A DNA stretch of 64,000 nucleotides, from contig OZ076409.1 of NCBI GenBank assembly GCA_964187785.1, positions 56,608,001-56,672,000 of the forward strand, in the 5' to 3' direction. Below, piece after piece: positions 25,289 to 37,002 of this stretch. The DNA comes from Amphiscolops sp. MND2022 (lineage: Eukaryota). Position numbers and translations under genes: made by a program. The notes beneath the pieces were generated by a model. That model worked only from the letters and a program-made list of their open reading frames with translations. It made no database searches and was not told the DNA's origin. The first letter of the stretch is position 1, and each line of letters opens with the position of its first letter.

Positions 25289-25973
25289 CAAGCCGGGACC
25301 GGCCCAAGTCGGCGCCATATCCAAGGCTCAAAAATAGCAAAAAGACTTCCAAGTGTCAAGTATTCGTTTACAGTAGTCGAAACTCGAAAATTTTTCGAAA
25401 ATTTTTTTTTGAAAAAAATTACATACTAAAAAAATGGACCGAGTGGCGCGCCGGGGCTCGCTACCGCGAGCCCCTGGCGCGCTAACGTCTCACAATGCCG
25501 AAAAACTGAAAGGGGGGACCCTTTGAGGTTTTTCAACATCCATTCTGTCGCAAAACATGAAAAAATTGAAGAAAAAATTTTTTTTTTATTTTCGGGAGAA
25601 AATCTCACAATGCCGAAAAAAACTGAAAGGAGGAACCCTTTGGGATTTTCCAACATCCATTCTGTCGCAAAACATCAAAAAAAATGCAGGGGGGACCCTT
25701 TGCGGAAAAAAAATTTCGAAAAAAAAAATCCGAAAAAAAATGTCTCGCAGTGCTGAAAAAAATTGAAAGGGGGGACTCTTTGGTCTCGCCCGGTATGATA
25801 TGTTACGCGGAAAAACAGGTAAAACCATTTTGGTCCAGTTCGCTAGGCCAAATGGTGCTATTTGACACCATAATATTTTGTAGAACTTTTAAGAACTATT
25901 TTGGTCAGTTCGTGTGGATAGAAAAAAAAAGAGTCACTATAATAGTCGCGTTTCACTTCATGAAGCGCCGACT
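25289..25973 (-). mobile_element. HINE family A element nested in another HINE
   Basis: Ends CAAGCCGGGACCGGCCCAAGTCGGCGC and ATAGTCGCG...AAGCGCCGACT. Removing it restores CTCACAGTGACGAAAA-AATCGA..GGGGAC, as seen in the uninterrupted copy near 30350. Confidence 0.85.
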
Positions 25974-26034
25974 AAAAATCGAGAGGGGACCCTCTAGTCT
26001 CCTCCGGTTTTGTAGGTTACGTTAAAAAATAAAA

Positions 26035-26180
26035 CAAGACGCCCGCTGAGGAGCGGGATATTTTCCGCCCCGAACTGTTCTACAACTACATAAATTTGAG
26101 GCTCAAGAATAACTAATGCACTATAAAAACGCTGAGAAGTTCGAAGAAAAGAAAGCTTCGATTCATCTTGTCCATTTTTC
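26035..26180 (-). repeat. Family B terminus nested in a family A HINE
   Basis: CAAGACGCCCGCTGAGGAGCGGGATAT is the reverse complement of the termini at 3492 and 5752. Confidence 0.7.
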
Positions 26181-29100
26181 TAATTCGCGGTGTCTCAAAA
26201 AATGGCAAAAATTGCATAAAAATGTTTAAAAATGAGAAATTTGGGAATTTTTGTCATTTTCGGGGTCATTTTGTCATTAAGGGGTCATTTTCGTCATTTT
26301 CGTCATTTTTTAAAAAAACTTCAAAAATCTCTACAAATACATATCGCACGAAGCTAAATTTATGTGGGTTGAATTCTATGGGTAACACCCTTAAATTTAA
26401 ATATAAATAAAATCTTGGCAAATTTTGTAAAAAAAAAAAAAAAAACCCGTTTGATTTAAATATTTTCCTTTCCCATATGAAATATGGGCGGAAAATAAAA
26501 AATAAAAGGTGGACCCTTTACAATAGGTTAGATTCGTTTCCCTGGTATTCGTTTAGTCAAACAATTTGAACAAGATTTCGTCGCAATCCAATGTGTCTTG
26601 AATGAGAAGAAGAAAAAACAAGTGACTGTAATACTCGGACTCTTTCATTAAACGAAATTGCCGACTAAAGTCACTGACATCTAGTGTATATATCGGTAGC
26701 GCTCAAGATTACAATAGCAGATACACTGCAGTTTCCCTGCCTCAAGATAAAGAGAAAGGCTGGTACGACACTTTGTGGTACCATAAAAAGTAAAAGACAC
26801 TCGATTTCACATTCGAAGCACAGTAACTATTTACTAGAGTATTCATTTCAGAAAAACACAAGCGGAAACGTGTCTGAAATTTTGATTGGAATGAGATCCA
26901 TGCTGAAAAATGCACTGGTCGTATCCAAAATCGTCAAAAACATTTTCTGCAGGCTTTACACAGTACTCTAGTTTTTAAATTCACCTTTTTTGAAAACCTC
27001 CAGCCAATTTCTAGACCTGTCAGGTGAACCCGGAAAGAATAATGCAAATGTCACCAGCTTGGTTGCCTGAAACTCCCTTCCTTATAATTAAACTTCAAAA
27101 TATTCAGTGATTAGCTATTTAGCTGATTTCAGTTTAGCTATTTTTCTTGGGCGCCAGAAACTTGAACAATTGAACCATTTTCTGAACAAATTTTTAAGTA
27201 ATGTCTCTACAGAAAACTGATGCTACATTTTTTTAAAATGAACCGAATTTTGTCGACCTTGGAAAGAGACGTTAATAAAACTATAAAAGTAAAAAAGCCG
27301 CCATTATTCATCAGCGATTGAAGCATTTACAAGAACGGTTTCCTTTTGAAGCCACGTAGTCTTTAATGATACAGTTTAAGGTCTAGCGGAGATTGAAGAG
27401 GAAGAAGCAGCAAAATGGACAGAAGTAATTTGTCTAGAAAAAAGCAATTGAACTGACAAGAAACATTAATGTTATCAAACAGTATCAATTTGTTCTAATT
27501 GCATTCAATTTTCCTACTCCAGACTACACGGGAATTCGTTAATGCTTTTGTTCTCATGCTTGCTTCCATCTTTCTCAAGGGGGTATGTGTTTGATTGAAT
27601 TGAATTACCCGTGTTTTTCTTCAATCTCGTGTTGGATGTATAGGAATCTCATTCCTCACACATTTTATAGCTTCCCTTCGTTTTTTCATGATTGGAAACA
27701 TAAGGATTAGGCGAAAGTTTTTGTTTCTGCCATTCTTGTAAACGTCTTCGGAAAGAAACGTTTTAGCAAATATTCGACATTCGTGAAGAAGTAGAATGAT
27801 GAAGTTTTACCAAGTCAAAAACTTTCATTCACACAAAGACGCCAATTAATTCGGAAAGTCAAAAAACACAGTCAGACGTTGTCTCTTGGAAAACCTTTCA
27901 AAAAGCTTAGCATCCAATGTGTACTTCCAATTCCAGGTATTCTAAAGCTTGATCATGCGATTGCAAAGGTACGAACCGACCAAGAACCAATTTACAAGGA
28001 CATTCCTGAAGCAACGTTTTATTTATGTAAATCAAACAAAAATAGTTTATCCAATGCTGGCATGTTGAATTTTTGACACATCCTCGCAAATTCAAAGAAC
28101 CAGAAGGTCAATCATAGAATTTTATCTCCAGTTTCCCCCTTGTCGTTCAATAAATGCATGGGCTGCACGTTCCGTGTACCTAAAAAATTAACCCGAATTT
28201 CAACCACTTAGTGAGCAAAGAGTGCGTCTCAAGTATATGTTTTTTATGAAAATTAGACATCCTTTCTTAACACAAGATGAAATTATCAAAATCTTGACAA
28301 ATAATTTGTCATGTTCGATTAAAATATTTTCAGGAACTCATTGATAATTCAAAGGTAAATTTCTAATATGCGTATTTTTTATTGCATATTTCAAAAAAAT
28401 GACTTCTGGTTGGTAATTAAGAGATTTTTAGTGTTGCTGACATTTGCCTTTTTCTGAAAAAAACCTGCTTGCACTAAAATCTAAAAACGGTTCGAGCGAG
28501 AGTCAATATTTGTCAATTAAAGATCTAAAATTTTTATCTGCTTCAAATACTTTCGAAGATTTTGGCTCTTTCAATGGGCCAAAAAAATGAAAACAATTAA
28601 TGCCAAAATTTTTTGTTGAATGTTCTCATTTAAAAAGATCAAAGCCACTCATATTCTTACGTAAGCTAATCTCAAGCTTCAACAAATTCTCACAAAAATC
28701 CAGCTCAAACCCTCTTCATCTGAAAAACGACCATTTTTTGGAATTTTTCTCAAGGTAATGTCTTCATCCCTTGATACTCCCCTTGAAATCTAAGATTGCA
28801 TCTACAGAGCCACTAAAGTCTGAAAAATCAATTTAAGATTTTCCCACTAAGTTCAACATGCTTCATCATGAACGAGCATCTAACAACAAATGGACATGTA
28901 AACTCTTTGTGGTATACTTAGTAAAATTCGTGTAGACTGGTTGACTCCTGTTAAGAAGATTTGAACTGGTTTTAAGTTCACAAAAAAGCTATCAAATTTC
29001 ACAACTTATTTGATTTTCAAAAACACCAATTTAATTGCTTTAACAATAATCTTTGGTCTTGTTCTGCAGTTTGTCTCGAAGGAGCAGTGTCTAATGAAGA

Positions 29101-29394
29101 GAGAGTACGAAATACAGGTTTCGAGAAGAAATGGATACTTTTTTGTACGAATTGCTTGTTGCTTATTTTCTAATGACATGTTTATTTTCTGATGACATGC
29201 TAGTCACATGTTAAAGAGTGTGATGCATTTACAGAAGAGATAGAAGGGTTGAATTTATAAGAGAGAACAATGAAGATTGGAGTTACAATGTAGCTAATTT
29301 TTTGACACGTCCTCAAAAAATAACTCGTTCTCACTGTGGTGTCAATGGCTTGCTGTTTCTTTGTAACAAACGACATCGATCATGTGAATGTTTT

Positions 29395-29656
29395 TGTAAT
29401 ACGGTGTAAATACCGATACCGAACATTACGGTGACAATGTCAATCAAACTCAGATCTTTCTTAGAGTACCAAACAAGACATTAGATCATTTATGTTTATA
29501 TATATTTGTAAGCAACATACTTTTGTTTCGTACAAAGATGATATCATTTGATACGTAGATCTAGATATAGAAAAGATCGTTTGACATTACTTTGAGTTCA
29601 GAAGAAACTTTTAAATAAAACCTTTCGTATTTCTTATCAATCCAAGGAATAAAACA
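29395..29656 (+). repeat. 5' LTR of Gypsy element 2
   Basis: TGTAAT...AAACA; direct repeat of 40801-41064. Confidence 0.96.
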
Positions 29657-29707
29657 TGGCGCAGTCAGCCATTTAATCGCTTACTGAAATATAACGAAAC
29701 AAAGAAA

Positions 29708-31729
29708 ATGACAACAGAGACGAAGCAAATCGAAGTACCGGATTTCGAGGCCACATCAGACGGAAAACGAATTCATACACGAAACAGTGGCTCGAAAGAT
29801 TCCGACAGTACACAAAAAGAAAACACAAAATCGACATTACCGAACTGTTACGGGGAGTTGAAATGACGCAAAACAGTTGGACCCGGAAAGAAACAGAGAT
29901 ACAAGAAGACTTCATATAGTCCCCGCAGCACTGCATCAAATGACACGGGCAGAATACAAAACCGAACCGTACAGCATCGTGATGAAAGACCTAATCATGC
30001 TATTTAATGATTACTTCTTACCGAAACGGAATTCATATCATAACCGCGGAGAATTTTCTGGACAAAACAGACCGAAACGGAAACACCCGAAGACTTCTGG
30101 CGGAGATTAATAGAAATAGAACAAGACGGGAACGTCTCAAGTTGGCGCTATATCTAAGGCTCAGAAAGCGCAAAACATATTTTTTGGAAAAAAACTTGAA
30201 ATTTTCGAAAAAAAAATTCTTTCAGAAAATTTCGCACAGTGCCGAAAAATGTAAAAGGGGGACCCTTTTTGATTTATAAACACGCATTCTGTAGCAAAAT
30301 AACAAAGGGGGACCCTTTGAGGACATTAAAAAAATTTCAAAAAAAGTCTCACAGTGCCGAAAAAAAAATCGAAAAGGGGGGGGGACTTTAGTCCCGTCCG
30401 GGCTTGTAGGTAACGTTTAAAAAGTAAATGAATGCGCTCCCCGTTTGTCTTTAGCGGTCCAGTAGTTTAGTACTGTATTTAGTAGTTGAACGTTAATTTT
30501 AACTTTCGTCGCTTCGAGTCTGTCTTAAATAAAAAAAAAGAGAAAAAACGAGTGACTGTAATAGTCGGGCTCTTTTCTTAAGAAAAGCGCCGACTAAAAA
30601 GAATGCGCATTTGAAGGAATTACAGCCGAAGACCTACTCATTTCAAAATTTATGACTGCAATTACGTACACAAATTTCCGAGACAAACTAATGAAAGCAA
30701 AGAAACTTGAACAGAAGAAAACAATCGAAGTGATAAAACAGAACACATATGAAAGAAAAAACCGGAAAAACACAATACCGGAAGCCCTGATCACAAGCCG
30801 AGAGAAAGAAATGAAAGAAGAACCAATAAAAAAATGGAGCGATTCGGAACCAGACCAAAAAATAGAACAATGAACAAAAAACCCTGCAAATTTTGTAATG
30901 CACCAAAATGGAATCCAACACACAAATGTCCGGCACTGGATAAACTCTGTAATAATTGCGGAAAGCAAGGACACTTCGCCCGAGTATGCAGACAGAAAGA
31001 AAATTACAGACGTAAAGTACAAAACGTAACCGAAGAAACCGAAACAATTGGCGGAGAATCTGACGAATCAGAATCGAGTATCCACAGAATTGAAAAGATA
31101 AATAGAATCACCGACAAAAACAAAGACTTGACAGCAAAGGTGAAAATAAACGGAATCGAGAAAGAATTCATAGTGGATACCGGATCACCAATTTCCTATA
31201 ATGCAGGCAGACGAAAGTATACTGAAGAAAACCGAAATGCAGAAAATAAAACACCGGTACCAAGACGTAAACAAAAATGAAGTAAAACTCCAGGGACAGA
31301 TACCGACCGATATTGAATACGGGAACAACAAACAAAAAATGCAAATACTACTTACCGAAAGAGATGACATAACACCACCACTGGGGATGGATTGGATGAA
31401 GAAATTCAACTTAAGAATTAGAAACATCCGAACAGATGAAAATAACCAATCAGAAAAGAAACGAGTGATCGAAAAATTTCCGGACTTATTCAAGAACAAC
31501 ACAACAATACAAAATACGGTAATAAACATCCAATTAAAACCGGGACACTACACGGTGAAACAAAAAACAAGACCTATCCCATTACATTAACAAGTAGCAG
31601 TCGGAAAAGAACTGGAAAAACTGGAAAAAACCGGACACTCAGAAAAAGTGAAACACGTGGATGAAAACTGTTTTGTTTCTCCGGTAGTAATTACCGTGAA
31701 AAATGACAAATCGGTAAAAATAGCGCTAG
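29708..31729 (+). pseudogene. gag-pol: gag, protease and RT N-terminus of Gypsy element 2 (frameshifted; interrupted at 30122-30595)
   Basis: KQWLERFRQY, EDFWRRLIEIEKECAF, CKFC..CNNCGKQGHFARVC, IVDTGSP and CFVSPVVITVK align with element 1. Confidence 0.9.
30122..30595 (-). mobile_element. HINE family A element inserted in gag
   Basis: Ends CAAGACGGGAACGTCT and ATAGTCGGGCTCTTTTCTTAAGAAAAGCGCCGACT. It sits in an A-run; removal (with 2 A) restores codons I-E-I-E-K-E-C; no TSD. Confidence 0.9.
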
Positions 31730-32680
31730 TGTTGGCGCCAGTCACTTGCAAGATCAGAATCTCAAAGTTGAACGTGACTGATGAAACTTTCAATTCAAAA
31801 CACTTAGAAACTTTGTCAAGATTTTAGTTATAAAATTACGAGTTTCAGCAGAAATGAGCCTGAGACAAATTGGGCCACCCCCCCGTCCCGATGAACCACT
31901 TCATCATCGCCTTGAAACTCGGCACACATATAGTGGTCGTGCTATCCTAACTTTTCACCTATAACACCCTACCCCGTATCTCCCCTGGGTTCAGAGCAAT
32001 TAACACCCAAAGTGACCTAGGCCGGAACCCATTAATTACCCAATTTTGATGTATTAATTATTATGTGATTTTCTCATATGACCTTGAAGGAAATGTAACT
32101 CTGTTGCAATTAATGATGTTTACATTGTGTAAACATACTTTCTAACCCACCTGACCAACATGCCAAAACCACCACATTCTTTGTTTACATAACCAATAAC
32201 TTCATATTATGCTTTAAATGTCATTTATTTATACAACATATTTTAACTGATATTTGCTTATATTTACTGTAGAATTATAAACGATATGTATACCATTATT
32301 AGATAGAGATTTTCTACACTGAATAGCTATAGTCAAGTTGGGTCTCAGGACCGCAAGACAAATTAATCAACTTCTCAATCTTCACAACTTTTCGCTAGAG
32401 TCAGAGCGACTAAGTAGCTACTCTCATAGTTGGAGAGCCGGAGCGCATGAAGATACTGTGAGGGAAGTGTGTGCAGGATCACATCGGATCCAATTCAGTG
32501 CAAAGAGGGATCGCAGGAGATTCCACGGGTCACATCGGACCCACCAGTTAAAAGATACAGTCCTTTAAAACACGAAAAACCAGGAATTGCTTAGTAACGG
32601 TCCACAGTACTAAGCAACGGATCAGGGCGGCGTAAAGCTTGTCAAGCCTCAGCGCAGGATAAGGGCAAGCAGCCGTTACA
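31730..32680 (+). repeat. 5' LTR (951 bp) of nested BEL/Pao element
   Basis: TGTTGG...TTACA; direct repeat of 36050-36997. Confidence 0.96.
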
Positions 32681-32682
32681 TT

Positions 32683-32820
32683 TGGTCCGCCGACCCGGAC
32701 AACTCGTTGGTGGACGACTCGGACAACTCGTTGGTTCGCCGACCTGGACAACTCGTTGGTGGACGACCCGGACAACTCGTTGGTGGACGACCCGGACTAG
32801 AAGAAGACGACTCGTTGGTA
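32683..32820 (+). repeat. Tandem array of 24/25-bp PBS-like units
   Basis: TGGT(CCGC/GGA)CGACCCGGACAACTCGT units start at 32683, 32708, 32732, 32757 and 32781. Confidence 0.9.
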
Positions 32821-32871
32821 GACAACAGAAGATTGCCCAAGAACTGGATCTTGGAGTCTCTGATTTCGTGT

Positions 32872-33056
32872 CTCTGGGAGATTGGGCTATTGTGACTCTG
32901 GGAGATTGGGCTATTGTGACTCTGGGAGATTGTGCTACTGTGACTCTGGGAGATTGGGCTACTGTGTGTCTGGGAGATTGGGTTACTGTGTCTCTGGGAG
33001 ATTGGGCTACTGTGACTCTGGGAGTTGGGACTATTGTGTACTCTGGGAGTTGGGCT
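32872..33056 (+). repeat. 24-bp minisatellite, ~8 units
   Basis: CTCTGGGAGATTGGGCTA(T/C)TGTGA units at 32872, 32896, 32920, 32944, 32968, 32992, 33016 and 33041. Confidence 0.95.
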
Positions 33057-33421
33057 TTAGCGGCACTCTGGAGGTATTTGTGCATCAACTCTAGTTTTGA
33101 GACGGATTGTATTCTTTGGGAACGTATTCCTGATTGAAGCAAAGATCTGGTCTAAGACGTCATTGCAAGTAAATCCACCAAGTAAAGCCAAGGGATCAAG
33201 TCAGAGAGACAAGATCCACCGAAACAATCAAGTTCGTCAAAGAAGGCAAGTATAATCGACAGTATTGGGTTGATTCTTCAAGAATTAGCGTTTGATTACC
33301 GGATTGAGCAGTTGACACTTTGTATCTGAGAAATTGCAGAGTTGGGAAAAGTGACAAAGCCTAGAAGAAACAAGTGTGAAGTTCGAAAGCCCTCAGTGGA
33401 ACAGAAGAGTCATATGAACAA

Positions 33422-36030
33422 ATGAAAGCCAAAAAGAAAGAAAGGCAAGTGATGCAGCACCCTCGAATGACGAATGTAATTCAAGGAAGAAACACAAAGC
33501 AGAGCCAACAACTGATGGAAATCAGACCAAAAGAGTTGGAAAATGTGTCAGATTGGTACGCATGGAGCCTCTATTGGAATACTGTACCCCTACATGTGGA
33601 AAAGATCCATACGTTAGTAAAAGACTTGGATGACAAGCTCGATGAGGAAAGAGCTGTTGTATCCAAAAGAAACTTGATTGATTGGGTAATTGAATACCGC
33701 GAGAGAAGACAGGCGTTGCTGTTCTGTGTAGACTTTATGTTGAGTCTTACAACTGAAGAAACGCAAAGACAGCTCAGCCGAAGTGTGACTGAATGGGACG
33801 AATGCTTTGCGAAACTGGAATCGATTTGGGGATATTGGTTCCCCGATGTGCAGCAAATGTTGAAGTGTCCAATTGATGGGACAAAAGAGTTGAAACTGAG
33901 TCAGATGACAAATGGAACATCTGCAGACGCAGCTATGAGATGCCCTCGCAAAAGAATGTTGAGGCAAAGACCTGTCCATCAGGCAAAACCTAATTGTGTA
34001 AAAGAAACAGCTAGTGAAAAGGAATCACTGACACGGTCAAGAAAGACCAAGGACCAAGAAAGTTACTGTGGTATGAGAGACAGCATATCTGAAGTGGAAA
34101 ACTCAATCAACGATGTGACATCACTACTCGAAGAAAACAGTAAGGTGTCTGACGTAACAATCCTGATGGACAACAGACCAACAGTTAGCACGAAGTAGTC
34201 TAATGGAGATCGACTGTTTTCTCTAGCATTAGAGAAAGCGGAAGATCAGAAATCGGATGAAATCCAAGGCCAAAGAAGCGAGACTGGACAATTGGAAATA
34301 GAGGAACTGGGCAAACATCCAAATCTGGTTGAAATCAGAAGCAACAGAAGCTCAGTGATTTCGAAAAGTTCAATTGCTAGACGAGTTCTTTATTTGAAAG
34401 TAAAAGCTCAAAAAGAGCAAGAAGAACTGCAAACCCGACTCGAGAAACTGAAGCGTGAAGCAATACAAATGGAAATAGCTGACTTGCATATACAGCTTGC
34501 CCGCAAAACTAGAATAGCTGAAAAGGAAAGAGAAACAGCGGAAGTGTCGAGCAGTCAGGGACTAGCCTCCCAAGTGTCTCATCAGTCGACAGTTTCACGG
34601 AAGATTCAAAATGCATGGCTGAGACAGAAACAGTCGAAGACGGGGCTAAGTCCAATATTGCACTATCAGTTCATTTGAAATCAGAGAGTGCAGTGAAATT
34701 AGTTCACGAAGGAAAGTTCTCCGCGCTTAGGAGAGACTCAAAACCTCCAACAGAAGCCGATGAGCAAACTGATGACGGAACGTGCAGAAAAGAAGCAATA
34801 TCACAAGCAGACTTGAAACTTGCAAACCAAGGAACCTCGCAGCTCATCACAACGGAATGTATACAGAAATTGTCAGAAACATTCATTGTAGACAACGGTC
34901 GGCAAGACGTCCGTTCAGAAACCCTCCTCGTGGATACCAAACAGGTTTTGGAAGAAGAGATTCAATTGGGCATGAGTGAGCATTCGATAATGCAAACAAA
35001 GGAGAACTTGAATCACACAATGGCGGAAACAAGGAAGGAGCATAGATTCTTATCATTCGCATCTAGCAAGCAAACTCTGGGAGAATCGAGTTTCCAACTT
35101 GAACTGCTGCAAGAGAGTGCAGAAAATACCGCCGTACAACAGGACATACAACAAGGGAAAATATTCGAAGTGACGATGTTTCATGACAGTACTGTACTTC
35201 TTGAAGAAGGAAACAAATGTTTTGAATTCGACAAAAGTTATGGATTTGTGCATGAGCAACAATTTGCACTGCTTGATGATTGTAATGAAAAAGCAATGTA
35301 TCGAAAGCTATGCCATGTTGCAGCGAAACATAACGAACCCGTTGAATGCAATGCCAAAGGTGAAACACGTACCATGATTGCAACCTTTGGAAAGAAATTT
35401 GATTTTGACTTCAAAGTAAGAAATGTAGAAGAAATTATCCCGAGTATTAACGATGTGTGGAACCCTTGGATTGGTAATGGAAACTCTGGGATGGACGCGG
35501 TGGCACAAGCTAACCATATTGCGTTTGGCACAAGCTAACACCCAATTGAGCAAAGGCCACCGCAAGCGACCGAAGAAACAAGCTTGGAAGTTTGAACATA
35601 GATCAAACCGATTACATGAAATGATCGAAAGTGTTCAATTGACAACTGGCATCCTATATGCAAGGATTGTGATAGATGAATTTGCAGATGAAATATCGCT
35701 AATGGAAAAGCGATTGGGTTCTTCAAAAGCACGAACAACAACAAGTTCGGAAAATGGGCCTTTCATAGGGCCGGCTGTATCATGGGAAGAAGTGATGATG
35801 CGACAAGACTCTTTTGGAAAATGGATTAAAGGAGAAGTTAGAAAACTGGAAGTCAATGATTTGGTTTGGATAGTAGATGAAAAGAGCACACTACAAGATG
35901 GGCAGAGTGTTGTAAGTCTATTATGGAAGCGATGGGCGAGTGAGATCAGCGCTGCTGAAAACTGAAGATGGAAAACTGAAACGACCAGTAGTGAAACTGG
36001 CACCCATGTTCTACGAAAGTGTTTTTCAGG
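33422..36030 (+). pseudogene. Degenerate gag-like ORFs (33422-34198, 34292-34678, 34615-35538) joined to a BEL integrase C-terminal remnant
   Basis: Charged, coiled-coil-like ORFs; then KW..EVRKLEVNDLVWIVDE and, after a frameshift, YKMGRV..YGSDGRVRSALLKTEDGKLKRPVVKLAP. No PR, RT, RH or IN core motifs seen. Confidence 0.7.
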
Positions 36031-36049
36031 AGAAAAACAGGGCCGGCAA

Positions 36050-36997
36050 TGTTGGCGCCAGTCACTTGCAAGATCAGAAACTCAAAGTTGAACGTGACTG
36101 ATGAAACTTACAACTCAAAACACTTAGAAACTTTGTCAAGATTTTAGTTATAAAATTACGAGTTTCAGCAGAAATGAGCCTGAGACAAATTGGGCCACCC
36201 CCCCGTCCCAATGAACCACTTCATCAATCACCTTGAAACTCGGCACACATATAGTGGTCGTGCTATCCTAACTTTTCACCTATAACACCCTACCCCGTAT
36301 CTCCCCTGGGTTCAGAGCAATTAACACCCAGAGTGACCTAGGTCGGACCCCATAAATTACCCAATTTTGATGTATTAATTATTATGTGATTTTCTCATAT
36401 GACCTTGAAGGAAATGTAACTCTGTTGCAATTAATGATGTTTACATTGTGTAAACATACTTTCTAACCCACCTGACCAACATGCCAAAACCACCACATTC
36501 TTTGTTTACATAACCAATAACTTCATATTATGCTTTAAATGTCATTTATTTATACAACATATTTCAACTGATATTTGCTTATATTTACTGTAGAATTGTA
36601 AACGATATGTATACCATTATTAGATAGAGATTTTCTACACTGAATAGCTATAGTCAAGTTGGGTCTCAGGACCGCAAGACAAATTAATCAACTTCTCAAT
36701 CTTCACAACTTTTCGCTAGAGTCAGAGCGACTAAGTAGCTACTCTCATAGTTGGAGAGCCGGAGCGCGTGAAGATACTGTGAGGGAAGTGTGTGCAGGAT
36801 CACATCGGATCCAATTCAGTGCAAAGAGGGATCGCAGGAGATTCCACGGGTCACATCGGACCCACCAGTTAAAAGATACAGTCCTTTAAAACAAAACCAG
36901 GAATTGCTTAGTAACGGTCCACAGTACTAAGCAACGGATGAGGGCGGCGTAAAGCTTGTCAAGCCTCAGCGCAGGATAGGGGCAAGCAGCCGTTACA
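36050..36997 (+). repeat. 3' LTR (948 bp) of nested BEL/Pao element
   Basis: Direct repeat of 31730-32680. Confidence 0.96.
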
Positions 36998-37002
36998 GCT
37001 AG

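Larger units (their letters stand above)
24135..26666 (-). mobile_element. HINE family A element expanded by an internal satellite and nested insertions
   Basis: Left end CAAGACGGGAACGTCTCATGTCGGCGC (hairpin + subTIR); right end GTGACTGTAATACTCGG...GCCGACT followed by AAA; no TSD. Confidence 0.7.
31730..36997 (+). mobile_element. Non-autonomous BEL/Pao-derived LTR element nested in RT of Gypsy element 2
   Basis: LTRs 31730-32680 and 36050-36997 (~98%); TSD GCTAG (31725-31729, 36998-37002); removal restores KIAL-ESRKLN; PBS TTTGGTCCGCCGACCCGGA; AAACAGGGCCGGCAA before the 3' LTR; only a DUF5641-like pol remnant recognisable. Confidence 0.95.

Noticed and set aside
24398..26025. K/F-rich 60-110 aa ORFs inside HINEs and the satellite
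   Set aside because: Products of poly-A/T repeats in non-coding elements.
29656..29700. ATG formed at the LTR/PBS junction as gag start of element 2
   Set aside because: Two stops follow within 13 codons; ATG at 29708 (MTTETKQIEVPDFE) aligns better with element 1.
32683..33056. CRISPR-like appearance of the 24-bp repeats
   Set aside because: Head-to-tail units with no unique spacers and no cas genes; they sit in a retrotransposon leader.
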